Positions 37,931 through 45,826 of a DNA stretch of 60,204 nucleotides are shown here, piece by piece. The DNA comes from Deinococcaceae bacterium (lineage in GTDB: Bacteria > Deinococcota > Deinococci > Deinococcales > Trueperaceae): positions 1-60,204 of the forward strand of contig JBDZWC010000001.1 in the NCBI GenBank assembly GCA_040256005.1, read 5' to 3'. Position 1 is the stretch's first letter. Each line of letters starts with the position of its first letter. The notes beneath the pieces are model-generated. The model saw only the letters and a program-made list of their open reading frames with translations, was not told the DNA's origin and did no database searches. The translations under genes and the position numbers were made by a program.

Positions 37931-37952
37931 GATAGTTTCAATTGGAAGTATC
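37931..37952. promoter_or_regulatory. candidate MarR operator (near-palindrome)
   Basis: GATAGTTTCAATTGGAAGTATC is self-complementary at 18 of 22 positions around a central CAATTG. It lies 24 nt upstream of the MarR start and is AT-rich relative to its surroundings. Confidence 0.45.
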
Positions 37953-38046
37953 GTGCATCAGCTCACACGCGCGGAGCCGTGGACGTGCTTAGGAAGTGCG
38001 ACGAGGGCCGGCCGGAGGACCCGGCGTGGGATCGGCCCCCCGGGGT

Positions 38047-41000
38047 TCAACCCTCAGGCGGCCTGGTGCCGAAAGCAGCCTCATGGGCGGACCTCAGCAC
38101 CTCGAAGGTGAGGTGCTCGGGGGCTGGCACCACGAGGTGCGCCCCGGTGAGGGAGCTGCTGTCGCCCACGCCCACGGCGGCCATGCCGGCGCCCAGTATC
38201 GAGGCGATGCCGGCCGCGGCGTCCTCGACGCCGACGCACTCGTCAGTGTCGAGGCCCAGAGCCGCCGCTCCGCGCTCGAAGGTCTCCGGGTCGGGCTTCC
38301 CCCGGAACAGCGTCGCCGGGTCGACGATGGCGGCGAACCGGTCGCTCAGCCCCAGGCGCGAGAGGACGGTGGGAGCGTTCCGGCTCGCCGAGGCCAGCGC
38401 GAACGGTACCCCGCTAGCGTCGAGCTCGTCGAGGAGCTGGCCGATCCCAGCCGCGACGTCGCTCGGCCCGAGGTCCGCCAGCAGCGCCACGTAGCGGTCG
38501 TTCTTGCGAGCGGCCAGACGCCGGAGTTCCTCCTCGCCGAACGAGCTGACGGACCCCGCTAGGATGCGCCGCAGTGAGCCCATCCTGTCGACCCCCTTCA
38601 GCGCCTCGTTACTAGCGCGGTCGAACGGGACGCTCAGTTCGTCGGCGAGCTCCTGCCACGACCGGTAGTGGAGCTCCGCTGTGTCGGTGATGACGCCGTC
38701 GAGGTCGAACACGACGCCGCGTAGGAGAGGCCCCGTCGGCACTGCGACAGGGGTTGCGCGGCGTAGCACCACGGTCTCACCCCTGTGGAGCAGCTCGACG
38801 GGCGGTCCGGCCAGGAGGCGGTAGACGGACCTTGGCCCGTCGACGCTTACCTCTAGCAGGGACCCGCGCCAGGCGACCCGGAAGCTGACGCGGCGCCACC
38901 GCTCGGGCAGCCTCGGCCTGAACGACATCAGGCCGTCCTCGACCCTCAGCCCCATGAAGCCCTCCACGAGGGCGAGGTACGTACCACCCATCGCCGCGAC
39001 GTGGACTCCGTGATCGGTGTTGCCATGGGTGTCGTCCAAGTCGATGCGGGCCGTCGCGTCGAAGAACCGGACCGCCGTGTCCACGTCGCCCAGTGCTGCA
39101 TAGGCGATGGCGTGCGAGCAGGCCGACAGCGACGAGTCGTGGGTGGTGCGACGGGCGTAGTACTCGAGGTCACGCCGCAGTTGCCAGCGTGGCACGCCCT
39201 CGGGGAGCAAGGTGTGCGCCAGCACCACGTCGGCCTGTTTGAGCACCTGGTGCCGGTAGACGTCCAGGTAGTGGAAGTTCAGGAGCAGAGGGTAGAGATC
39301 CTCGGCGACCTGCTCCCACGGCCACTCCGGCTTGGTGAGGAACGACGTGTCCTGCGGCGTCACCCCGAGCCGCTCGTCGACGGGCAGATACATGATCCCA
39401 GCCAGCTCGGCGAACCTGGCGATCTCCTCGGTGCCCAGCCGGAGACGGGAACTCAACGCGTCCCATCCGGCAGTGTCGATCTCTGCCAGATCGGCCGCCA
39501 GCTGAGAAGCGTAGCGAAGCGTGTGCGCTGCGAGCCTGTTCGTGTAGTGGTTGTCGTCCACGAGGGCCGTGTACTCGTCCGGACCCGTGACGGTGTGCAG
39601 GTGGAAGCGCCCGTCGGAGCCCAGCGACCCGTACGCCGCGTAGAACCGGGCGCACTCGAAGACGACTTCGGCGCCGCCCTCCCATAGCAGGGAGTAGTCG
39701 CCGGTCGAGTCGACGTAGCGCCGGATCGCCAGCACGATGTCTGCGTCGATGTGTACCTGTGCCGTGCCGGCGGGGAAGTAGGCGGAGGCCTCCTGCCCCG
39801 AGATCGTCCGCCACGGGTAGAGGGCACCCTCCCGTCGCAGCTCCGTAGCTCTGGTCTTGGCGGCCGGCAGCATGGCGATGCGGTACGCCAGCAAGGCACG
39901 CGCCAGCTCGGGCTGGGTCCTGAGCAGTACCGGCACGACGTAGACCTCGCTGTCCCAGAACGTGTGCCCCTCGTAGCCTTCCCCGGTCAGCGCCTTGGCG
40001 GGGATGTTCGTGAGGCCATCGCGCCCTGCGCCCTGCAGCAGGTGGAACAGTCCGAACCTCAGGGCCTGTTGGACGGCTTCGTCGCCCTCCACCTCGACGT
40101 CGGCGGCTTCCCAGAACCTCTCGAGGTAGGCGCGTTGGTCCGATAGCAGCGCCGTCACCCCACCCGCGGCTGCGAACGCGTCGAGCTCGGCCTGTGCGGC
40201 CTCCACGAGGGTCGCGGCGGCATGATGCCTGGCGTCGGAGTACACGACGTGGACGTCCACCGTGACGGGGCCGGCGGCCGACAGCGTCCCCTGCCACGTA
40301 GCGGCGTAGGGCGCGCTCTTCACGTCGATGCTGCAGCGTGCTCCGGAGACGGTGTGGTCGGCGGCGCAGACGAGCTGCATGCCGCTGCGGTCGGCTCGCT
40401 GGCTGAGGTGCAAGCGCCCGTCCGGCCGGTGCCCGTGCGCTACCGGCACCAGCACCTGGCCCGCCAAGGCGGACCCCAATCGGGGGTCGCCCCTTTCCAC
40501 CTGGTTCTGCACCCGCCCGTCCAGGACGTGTGTCACCACTATATCGACCGGTCCGTCCAGAGGATCGATGAGCAGCCTTATCGCCATCCGGCTAAGGTGG
40601 CCAAGGGACACGCAGCGGGTGAAGCTCAGGCGAGTCCTCTTGCCGGCGGAGCCCCGCCACTCGAGGGTCCTGGTCAGCGTCCCGTCCTTCAGATCGAGAA
40701 CGCGCTCGTGGCGGGCGGCTCTCTGTCCGGGTCCCACCGGTTCCCCGTCCACCGTGACCTTGAAGCCGGTCGCGCTGGTGACGTTCAGTAGCGTCTGCCT
40801 GACGCGTGCCTGGCCGTAGCCTCCCTCGGGGTAGACGATCTGGTCGACCTCGTGGAAGCCGTTGAGGTAGGTGCCTGGTATCGAGACTGCTCCGGCCGTC
40901 GGGCCCTCGTCGAGCGTCCCACGGACGCCGATGTACCCGTTCCCCAACGCGAACACGCTCTCGTGGGCAGCGGCGCGTGCCGGGTCGAACCCACGTTCGC

Positions 41001-41070
41001 GCACGGTCCACGCCTCGACCTCGAGGGAGCGGTTCCCGGGCCTGGTGAGGCGATCGAGCCCTGCGCTCAC
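38047..41070 (-). CDS. GH65 glycoside phosphorylase (kojibiose/trehalose/maltose phosphorylase family) fused to beta-phosphoglucomutase
   Basis: The N-terminus (ESVFALGNGYIGVRGTLDEG) and central (alpha/alpha)6 region are typical of GH65. The C-terminal ~220 aa form a HAD beta-PGM domain with VVFDLDGVITDT and GVEDAAAGI. Confidence 0.85.
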   Translation of the reverse strand: MSAGLDRLTRPGNRSLEVEAWTVRERGFDPARAAAHESVFALGNGYIGVRGTLDEGPTAGAVSIPGTYLNGFHEVDQIVYPEGGYGQARVRQTLLNVTSATGFKVTVDGEPVGPGQRAARHERVLDLKDGTLTRTLEWRGSAGKRTRLSFTRCVSLGHLSRMAIRLLIDPLDGPVDIVVTHVLDGRVQNQVERGDPRLGSALAGQVLVPVAHGHRPDGRLHLSQRADRSGMQLVCAADHTVSGARCSIDVKSAPYAATWQGTLSAAGPVTVDVHVVYSDARHHAAATLVEAAQAELDAFAAAGGVTALLSDQRAYLERFWEAADVEVEGDEAVQQALRFGLFHLLQGAGRDGLTNIPAKALTGEGYEGHTFWDSEVYVVPVLLRTQPELARALLAYRIAMLPAAKTRATELRREGALYPWRTISGQEASAYFPAGTAQVHIDADIVLAIRRYVDSTGDYSLLWEGGAEVVFECARFYAAYGSLGSDGRFHLHTVTGPDEYTALVDDNHYTNRLAAHTLRYASQLAADLAEIDTAGWDALSSRLRLGTEEIARFAELAGIMYLPVDERLGVTPQDTSFLTKPEWPWEQVAEDLYPLLLNFHYLDVYRHQVLKQADVVLAHTLLPEGVPRWQLRRDLEYYARRTTHDSSLSACSHAIAYAALGDVDTAVRFFDATARIDLDDTHGNTDHGVHVAAMGGTYLALVEGFMGLRVEDGLMSFRPRLPERWRRVSFRVAWRGSLLEVSVDGPRSVYRLLAGPPVELLHRGETVVLRRATPVAVPTGPLLRGVVFDLDGVITDTAELHYRSWQELADELSVPFDRASNEALKGVDRMGSLRRILAGSVSSFGEEELRRLAARKNDRYVALLADLGPSDVAAGIGQLLDELDASGVPFALASASRNAPTVLSRLGLSDRFAAIVDPATLFRGKPDPETFERGAAALGLDTDECVGVEDAAAGIASILGAGMAAVGVGDSSSLTGAHLVVPAPEHLTFEVLRSAHEAAFGTRPPEG

Positions 41071-41078
41071 CCTGACGC

Positions 41079-42038
41079 CTACACCTTCAGGTCTGGTCTC
41101 ACGGCGCTCAGGTACTCGAGCTGCTCATCTAGCTCTCGTGCCGTCTCGTCGTCGAGCTGCTGACCTGGCGCCCTGACGAAGGCGGTCGCGATCGCGCCGC
41201 GCCGTCGGTAGACCTCCTTACGGATCGCCAACCCGATGCCGGGCTGGAACTCGAACGCGAGGAACGCCGCCGCCGAGCGATAAACGGAGAACGCCGGCCT
41301 GCGTTCCGTAGGCGCGTCGCCGAGGACGGCTCTTACGGCTCCTATCAGGAGCTCCGGGTACGAGAGGCCGGTCATGACCCCGTCAGCCCCGCGCTGCAGC
41401 TCCTCGAGCAGGTACAAGCCGCCCAGGCCGCCCAGGACGCTGAGGCCCGGAGAGACCGCCTTGAGGGCTGACAGCTTCGGCGACGTCGGGGCATCCTCGA
41501 GCTTGATCGTGGTGACGCTGGGCACCTCGGCGTGCACGTGGGCCAGGGTGGCGGCGGAAAGCTTGATCCCGGTCGCTGCCGGGTAGTCGTGCACGATGAC
41601 GGGCACCCGGCCGCCACTGGCCACGAGCGCCTGGTCGAGCTCTCGGTACTGCGCCAACACGGCCTCCGGCTGCGCGGCCGCAGGCGCGACCATCAGTCCA
41701 TCGGCTCCCAGCTCGAGGAACCGCACGCCGCGCTTGACGGTGAGGTCCACGCCGCCGGCGCTGGCGCCCGCGTAGACGCGGATACGATCCCCGGCGGCCT
41801 GCCTCGCGACGGTGACGACGGTGTCCTGCTCGGCTTCGCTGAGTTTGTGTGCTTCACCGAGGAAGCCCAGCACCGTCACACCGTCTACGCCCGCCTCCAC
41901 CAGCATGCGCACGAGGCCGGCGAGGCTCTCGGCGTCGAGTTCCCCCGTGCGCGTGAACGGTGTGGGTGCGATCGTGTAGACGCCGCGTAGCGCCTGGGGC
42001 CGGCCCGACGGCCGCTGCTGTGTCTCGTTCAGTCCCAC
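41079..42038 (-). CDS. dihydrodipicolinate synthase/N-acetylneuraminate lyase-family (class I aldolase) protein
   Basis: TIM-barrel DapA-family pattern (PFTRTGELD, GVDGVTVLGFLGE, GADGLMV). GTG start. The stop lies 8 nt before the GH65 gene. Confidence 0.7.
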   Translation of the reverse strand: MGLNETQQRPSGRPQALRGVYTIAPTPFTRTGELDAESLAGLVRMLVEAGVDGVTVLGFLGEAHKLSEAEQDTVVTVARQAAGDRIRVYAGASAGGVDLTVKRGVRFLELGADGLMVAPAAAQPEAVLAQYRELDQALVASGGRVPVIVHDYPAATGIKLSAATLAHVHAEVPSVTTIKLEDAPTSPKLSALKAVSPGLSVLGGLGGLYLLEELQRGADGVMTGLSYPELLIGAVRAVLGDAPTERRPAFSVYRSAAAFLAFEFQPGIGLAIRKEVYRRRGAIATAFVRAPGQQLDDETARELDEQLEYLSAVRPDLKV

Positions 42039-43132
42039 TCGCTCAGGCTACCCCGCAACCTACGCCTGTCCGAACGGGCATAGCGGCGCGCCATGTCCAG
42101 GGTCGCGTGCCTGAGGTGATCCTGCACCAGGCCGAGGTCGCCGGACTGGCGGTAGAGCCGCGTTCCGGCTGCGTGCCTGAGGGCGTGGACGCCCTTGAAC
42201 GTGATACCGGCCCGCAGGCAGAGCCTGCGGAGCCGGTTGTAGACGCCGTACTGGGAGCGCAGCTCGAGCACCTCCTCACGGTGCCTCGTGGCCGGGTCGG
42301 CCTGCACCTGGCGGGCGTACCGGGCGAGCTCCGCAGCCAGACGCGGGCTCAGGACCACCTCGGCGGCCTTGCCGCCCTTGCCCTCCCGAACGAGCAGCGT
42401 GGCCGAGCGAAGGTCGATATCGTCCCAGCGCAGCCGCACCATCTCGCTGACGCGCAGCCCTCCATGCGCGCCGAGGAGGAGCATGACTCGCTCGTGGGCG
42501 TCCTTGGCGGCCGCCAGCAACTCGTTCATCTCGTACTCGGTGTAGACGCGGGCGGTGGCCGTGTCACCCAGGTCGGGTGCGGACCTGCCGAGCCGTACGT
42601 GCCGGAACGGGTCGGATTCGGTGGCGCCCGCCCAGGCCAGGGCGTCGTACAAGGCGCGAGCGGCAGCCACGCGCAGGCCCACGGTCGCCGGCGCGAGGGG
42701 GCCACGCTTGACGCGGCGGCCCCGCCGGGACGGGTCGTCGCCGGCCACCACCTCGTCGCGGTCTCCCGCGAGCAGCCGCTGGACGTAGAGCGGGCCGGCG
42801 TCGCGGCTGGGTCGCAGCAGGTTCTCACCCTGCCACAGGGCGAGCAGCTCCTTGAGCCCGCGTCGATAGGCCCTGAGCGTGTGCCGGCTCGTGGTGACGC
42901 CCCGGGCGCCTCTCAGCGTGAGGTGCGCCTCCATCAGTTCCCACAGCGCGTCCTCGTCCCGTTCGCCCGCTGCCTTGACCGCATGCCTCCGCAGCGCCTC
43001 CTCGGAGAGGCTCTGGAGGCGGGATACGCGCTGCAAGCGCGTCGCGGTCGAAAGCTCGAGTGAGGTGATCCCCACGCCAGCGAGGCTAGCCCGGGCGGCA
43101 GGGGAGACCAGTGACGTGTTTCGCATTATCAA
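42029..43132 (-). CDS. tyrosine recombinase / site-specific integrase (XerC/D-like)
   Basis: C-terminal catalytic motifs: GLRVSEMVRLRW (Arg I), HALRHAAGTRL (H-x-x-R), LRHATLDMARRYA (Tyr). N-terminal SAM-like core-binding domain. TTG start. The 3' end overlaps the next gene by 10 nt. Confidence 0.85.
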   Translation of the reverse strand: MIMRNTSLVSPAARASLAGVGITSLELSTATRLQRVSRLQSLSEEALRRHAVKAAGERDEDALWELMEAHLTLRGARGVTTSRHTLRAYRRGLKELLALWQGENLLRPSRDAGPLYVQRLLAGDRDEVVAGDDPSRRGRRVKRGPLAPATVGLRVAAARALYDALAWAGATESDPFRHVRLGRSAPDLGDTATARVYTEYEMNELLAAAKDAHERVMLLLGAHGGLRVSEMVRLRWDDIDLRSATLLVREGKGGKAAEVVLSPRLAAELARYARQVQADPATRHREEVLELRSQYGVYNRLRRLCLRAGITFKGVHALRHAAGTRLYRQSGDLGLVQDHLRHATLDMARRYARSDRRRLRGSLSEWD

Positions 43133-43195
43133 ATGCGTTTCGGTAACGAGCTCGGAGCGGTACCTCGGTCCGTCTAGTCATGGGCCCCAGCACGC

Positions 43196-44149
43196 CTACT
43201 CCCTCAGGGCCGCGGCGATCAGGCTGGCGTTGTGCCGGAGCAAGTCTAGGTAGCTCTCCGGTCCCGGGGGTCCGCCTATGGGGTCGAGGGTCACCACCCG
43301 CAGGCCTCCCGACTCGGCCACTACCCGGGCGGTCCGGCCGCTGAGTTGGCGCTCGTCGAAGATCACGGTGGCACCCGTGCGCCGCACGGCCAGCACGGTC
43401 TCGGCGACGTAGCGCGCACTGGGCTCTCGTCCCGGGAACGGCTCCAACGTCGCTACCAGGTCGAGCTGATAGCGGGCGGCGAAGTACGCCCAGGCATCGT
43501 GGAACGGCACGAAGGGCCGGTCGCGGACAGGCGCGAGCAGGGCGGAGAGTTCCGCGTCGAGTTGGCTGAGCTGCGCCTCGAGCGCGCCCGCCCGCGCTTC
43601 GAAGCGCTCGGCACCTGCCGGGCGGATCATCGCGAGCTCGGTCGCGATCACCGCTACGGCCCGTGCTGCCACCTGCGGATCGAGCCAGACGTGAGGGTTC
43701 GCCGCGCCGACGCCCTCGGGCCGGCCGGAGGCAGCCTCCGTCTCGTCGTGTCCCTCGCCTTGTATGGGTACGAAGTCCACCCGGTCCATGATCACCAGTC
43801 GGTTCGCCCTGGGCGCCACGGCGTCCAGGAGTCGGGACAGCCACGCGTCCAGGCCACCGTTCATGACCACCAGGTCCGCCTCGGCGAGAAGAGCCGCCTG
43901 AGAGGGCAACGGCTCGAAAGCGTGAGGTGAGGCCCCGGCCGGCAGAAGCGTCGTGACCTCGACATCGTCGCCGCCCACGCGGCTGACCAGGTCCGCCCAC
44001 GGATGGATCGAGACGACGACCTCGACGGGTTCGGTGCTCGCCTGCGCCATGACCAGCTGAAGCGAGAGGACCGACACGGCCAGGCCCGCTGCCGACAGGA
44101 GGCGGAACGGCCCCCGCCGGGGCTCCGTCGTTTGAGAACTCGTTCTCAT
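43196..44149 (-). CDS. metal (Zn/Mn) ABC transporter substrate-binding protein, ZnuA/TroA family
   Basis: Signal peptide present. Motifs SIHPWADLV..GASPHAFEP and VWLDP are typical of cluster-9 metal-binding proteins. No cognate permease or ATPase lies in the window. Confidence 0.8.
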   Translation of the reverse strand: MRTSSQTTEPRRGPFRLLSAAGLAVSVLSLQLVMAQASTEPVEVVVSIHPWADLVSRVGGDDVEVTTLLPAGASPHAFEPLPSQAALLAEADLVVMNGGLDAWLSRLLDAVAPRANRLVIMDRVDFVPIQGEGHDETEAASGRPEGVGAANPHVWLDPQVAARAVAVIATELAMIRPAGAERFEARAGALEAQLSQLDAELSALLAPVRDRPFVPFHDAWAYFAARYQLDLVATLEPFPGREPSARYVAETVLAVRRTGATVIFDERQLSGRTARVVAESGGLRVVTLDPIGGPPGPESYLDLLRHNASLIAAALRE

Positions 44150-44271
44150 GTAGGTCGATTATCGCAGAAGGCCTTGCACGGCAGCGCTTTGCCATTAGGC
44201 TGGGGCCATGGGAAGACGGCAGAGGCGCTGGGCTGCCGGCTCCTGAGGGGGGCGCGCCGGACAGGAGGGCA

Positions 44272-44664
44272 GTGATGACGACGGAACGATCCGAGACGTT
44301 GGGCACGCCGATGCTGGACCTTCTGCGGCCGCAGCCGGCCCCGAGCGAGCGCGAAGCAGAGACTCGCTGGCTGCCCGTGACGCGGCGCTACCTGGCTAGG
44401 GACGATTGGGACGACGAAGAAACCAGCTCGGAAGCTGACCCGCTCGCAGACGACGACTTCGCCGACGGTGACGACGACGACGAGGACGACTGGGAAGAGG
44501 CCGAGGACGAGTTCGACGACTGGGACGACGAGGACGACTGGGACGACGAGGACGACGACGAGGAAGAGGATGAGGACGACGGTCTAGACCCTTGGGATGA
44601 CGAGGTCGAGGACGACGACGAGGAAGAGATCGACTTCGGCGACGATCAAGACGACGAGCTCTGA
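44272..44664 (+). CDS. hypothetical, extremely acidic Asp/Glu/Trp-rich protein
   Basis: GGAGG (44264-44268) lies 6 nt before ATG 44275 (GTG 44272 also in frame). A 45-aa ordinary N-terminus is followed by ~85 aa that are almost entirely D/E, with five (D/P)W(D/E)(D/E) motifs. The codons are GAC/GAG, which fits the genome bias. Confidence 0.55.
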   Translation: MMTTERSETLGTPMLDLLRPQPAPSEREAETRWLPVTRRYLARDDWDDEETSSEADPLADDDFADGDDDDEDDWEEAEDEFDDWDDEDDWDDEDDDEEEDEDDGLDPWDDEVEDDDEEEIDFGDDQDDEL

Positions 44665-44843
44665 GCGGGCCCTGACCCTGAACGACGTGCTCTGAGCGTG
44701 GAGCTCTGTGCCACCCGTACCGTCGCGCCAAGGCGCCCCAGGCGCACTAGGCGCCCTCGGCGTCGACGTCGTGGTTCCAACGTGACAGCTAGCAGCCGCG
44801 ACGGCGAGGCGTCGACGAGGCCAGAGCGCTGTCCCGATTTAAT

Positions 44844-44863
44844 TTGATAATTTGACTTATCAA
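44844..44863. promoter_or_regulatory. palindrome TTGATAA-N6-TTATCAA in an AT-rich island, candidate operator
   Basis: Perfect 7-bp arms (44844-44850 and 44857-44863) lie inside the most AT-rich stretch of the 450-bp gap upstream of the GntR gene. Confidence 0.4.
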
Positions 44864-45113
44864 AACGCATAGTGACAAACAGCATATTCACTGCGTTCTC
44901 GACTTGCGCACCTACGCTCTCCTGACCGCCCGACAACGCATATACAGTCTGATCATCACGAAGCCGCCGCTCGCGGCCATGCAGACCCCCTGTGTCCAGG
45001 AGGTCGGCACGCCTCGAGCCATGGCGCTAGCGGCCGGCGATGTCAGCTCACCTGGCGCAGAACCTGGAGCCGCACGTTTGACCGTCCCGCAACCGAGCGC
45101 ATAAGCTTACACA

Positions 45114-45722
45114 GTGGTAGGACCAATAGATGGGGCCGCCGACCAAGGTCGAACGACGGCTGCCCTCCAAGCGTGGGACGCCGTACTGGCGTACGTGACC
45201 GCGGCACCGGCTGGGACTCGTCTGCCGCCGGAGAGGACGTTGGCTGAGAGGCTGGGGGTCTCGCGATCGACGCTCAGGTCAGCGCTGTCACGGCTGGAGC
45301 TGCTCGGCCACGTCGAGGTGAAACATGGGTCCGGCATCGTGGTCCGCCGGCCCGACCTGTCGGATGCGCTCAGGCTCGTGACGCTTGCCGACGGCGCCGC
45401 GCCTTCCGACGCCATCGCCATCCGGAAGCTGATCGAGCCCGCGCTGGCCGGCGCTGCGGCTCGCCGGGGCACGGCGGCAGCCGCAGCGTTGGAGGCGGCC
45501 GAGGACGAGGCGGCGTTCCATTCCGCTCTGGCTGCGGCTTCAGGCAACGAGCTCGCGCGTCAGTTGATCGATGTCCTAGTCAGGCTCAGCGGTCCCGTGC
45601 GGTTACCCACAGAGCTTCATGCAGCCCAACACGCCGCGATAGCGGCGGCGGTGGCGGCTCGCGACGCACGCTCGGCCGCGGGCGCCACCACGGTTCATCT
45701 AGAGGCCTTGGACGCTCACTGA
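45114..45722 (+). CDS. GntR-family transcriptional regulator (FadR/FCD-type C-terminus)
   Basis: w[44 protein letters not shown] followed by a helical effector domain. GTG start. Confidence 0.8.
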   Translation: MVGPIDGAADQGRTTAALQAWDAVLAYVTAAPAGTRLPPERTLAERLGVSRSTLRSALSRLELLGHVEVKHGSGIVVRRPDLSDALRLVTLADGAAPSDAIAIRKLIEPALAGAAARRGTAAAAALEAAEDEAAFHSALAAASGNELARQLIDVLVRLSGPVRLPTELHAAQHAAIAAAVAARDARSAAGATTVHLEALDAH

Positions 45723-45826
45723 CGTTTCCGCGGCCCACGGTCCGTGATCGCCGGTGTCGGCGCCAGGGGTCTCCTACACGGCGAGGCGAGCGACAGCCCC
45801 ACGACCTGCCTGTATCGTGCCGGCCG

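Noticed and set aside
44396-44731. Minus-strand 111-aa Arg/Pro-rich ORF mirroring the acidic-protein gene.
   Set aside because: It is the complement of GAC/GAG repeats. The plus-strand frame has a strong GGAGG-spaced start and a normal N-terminus, so I kept that one.
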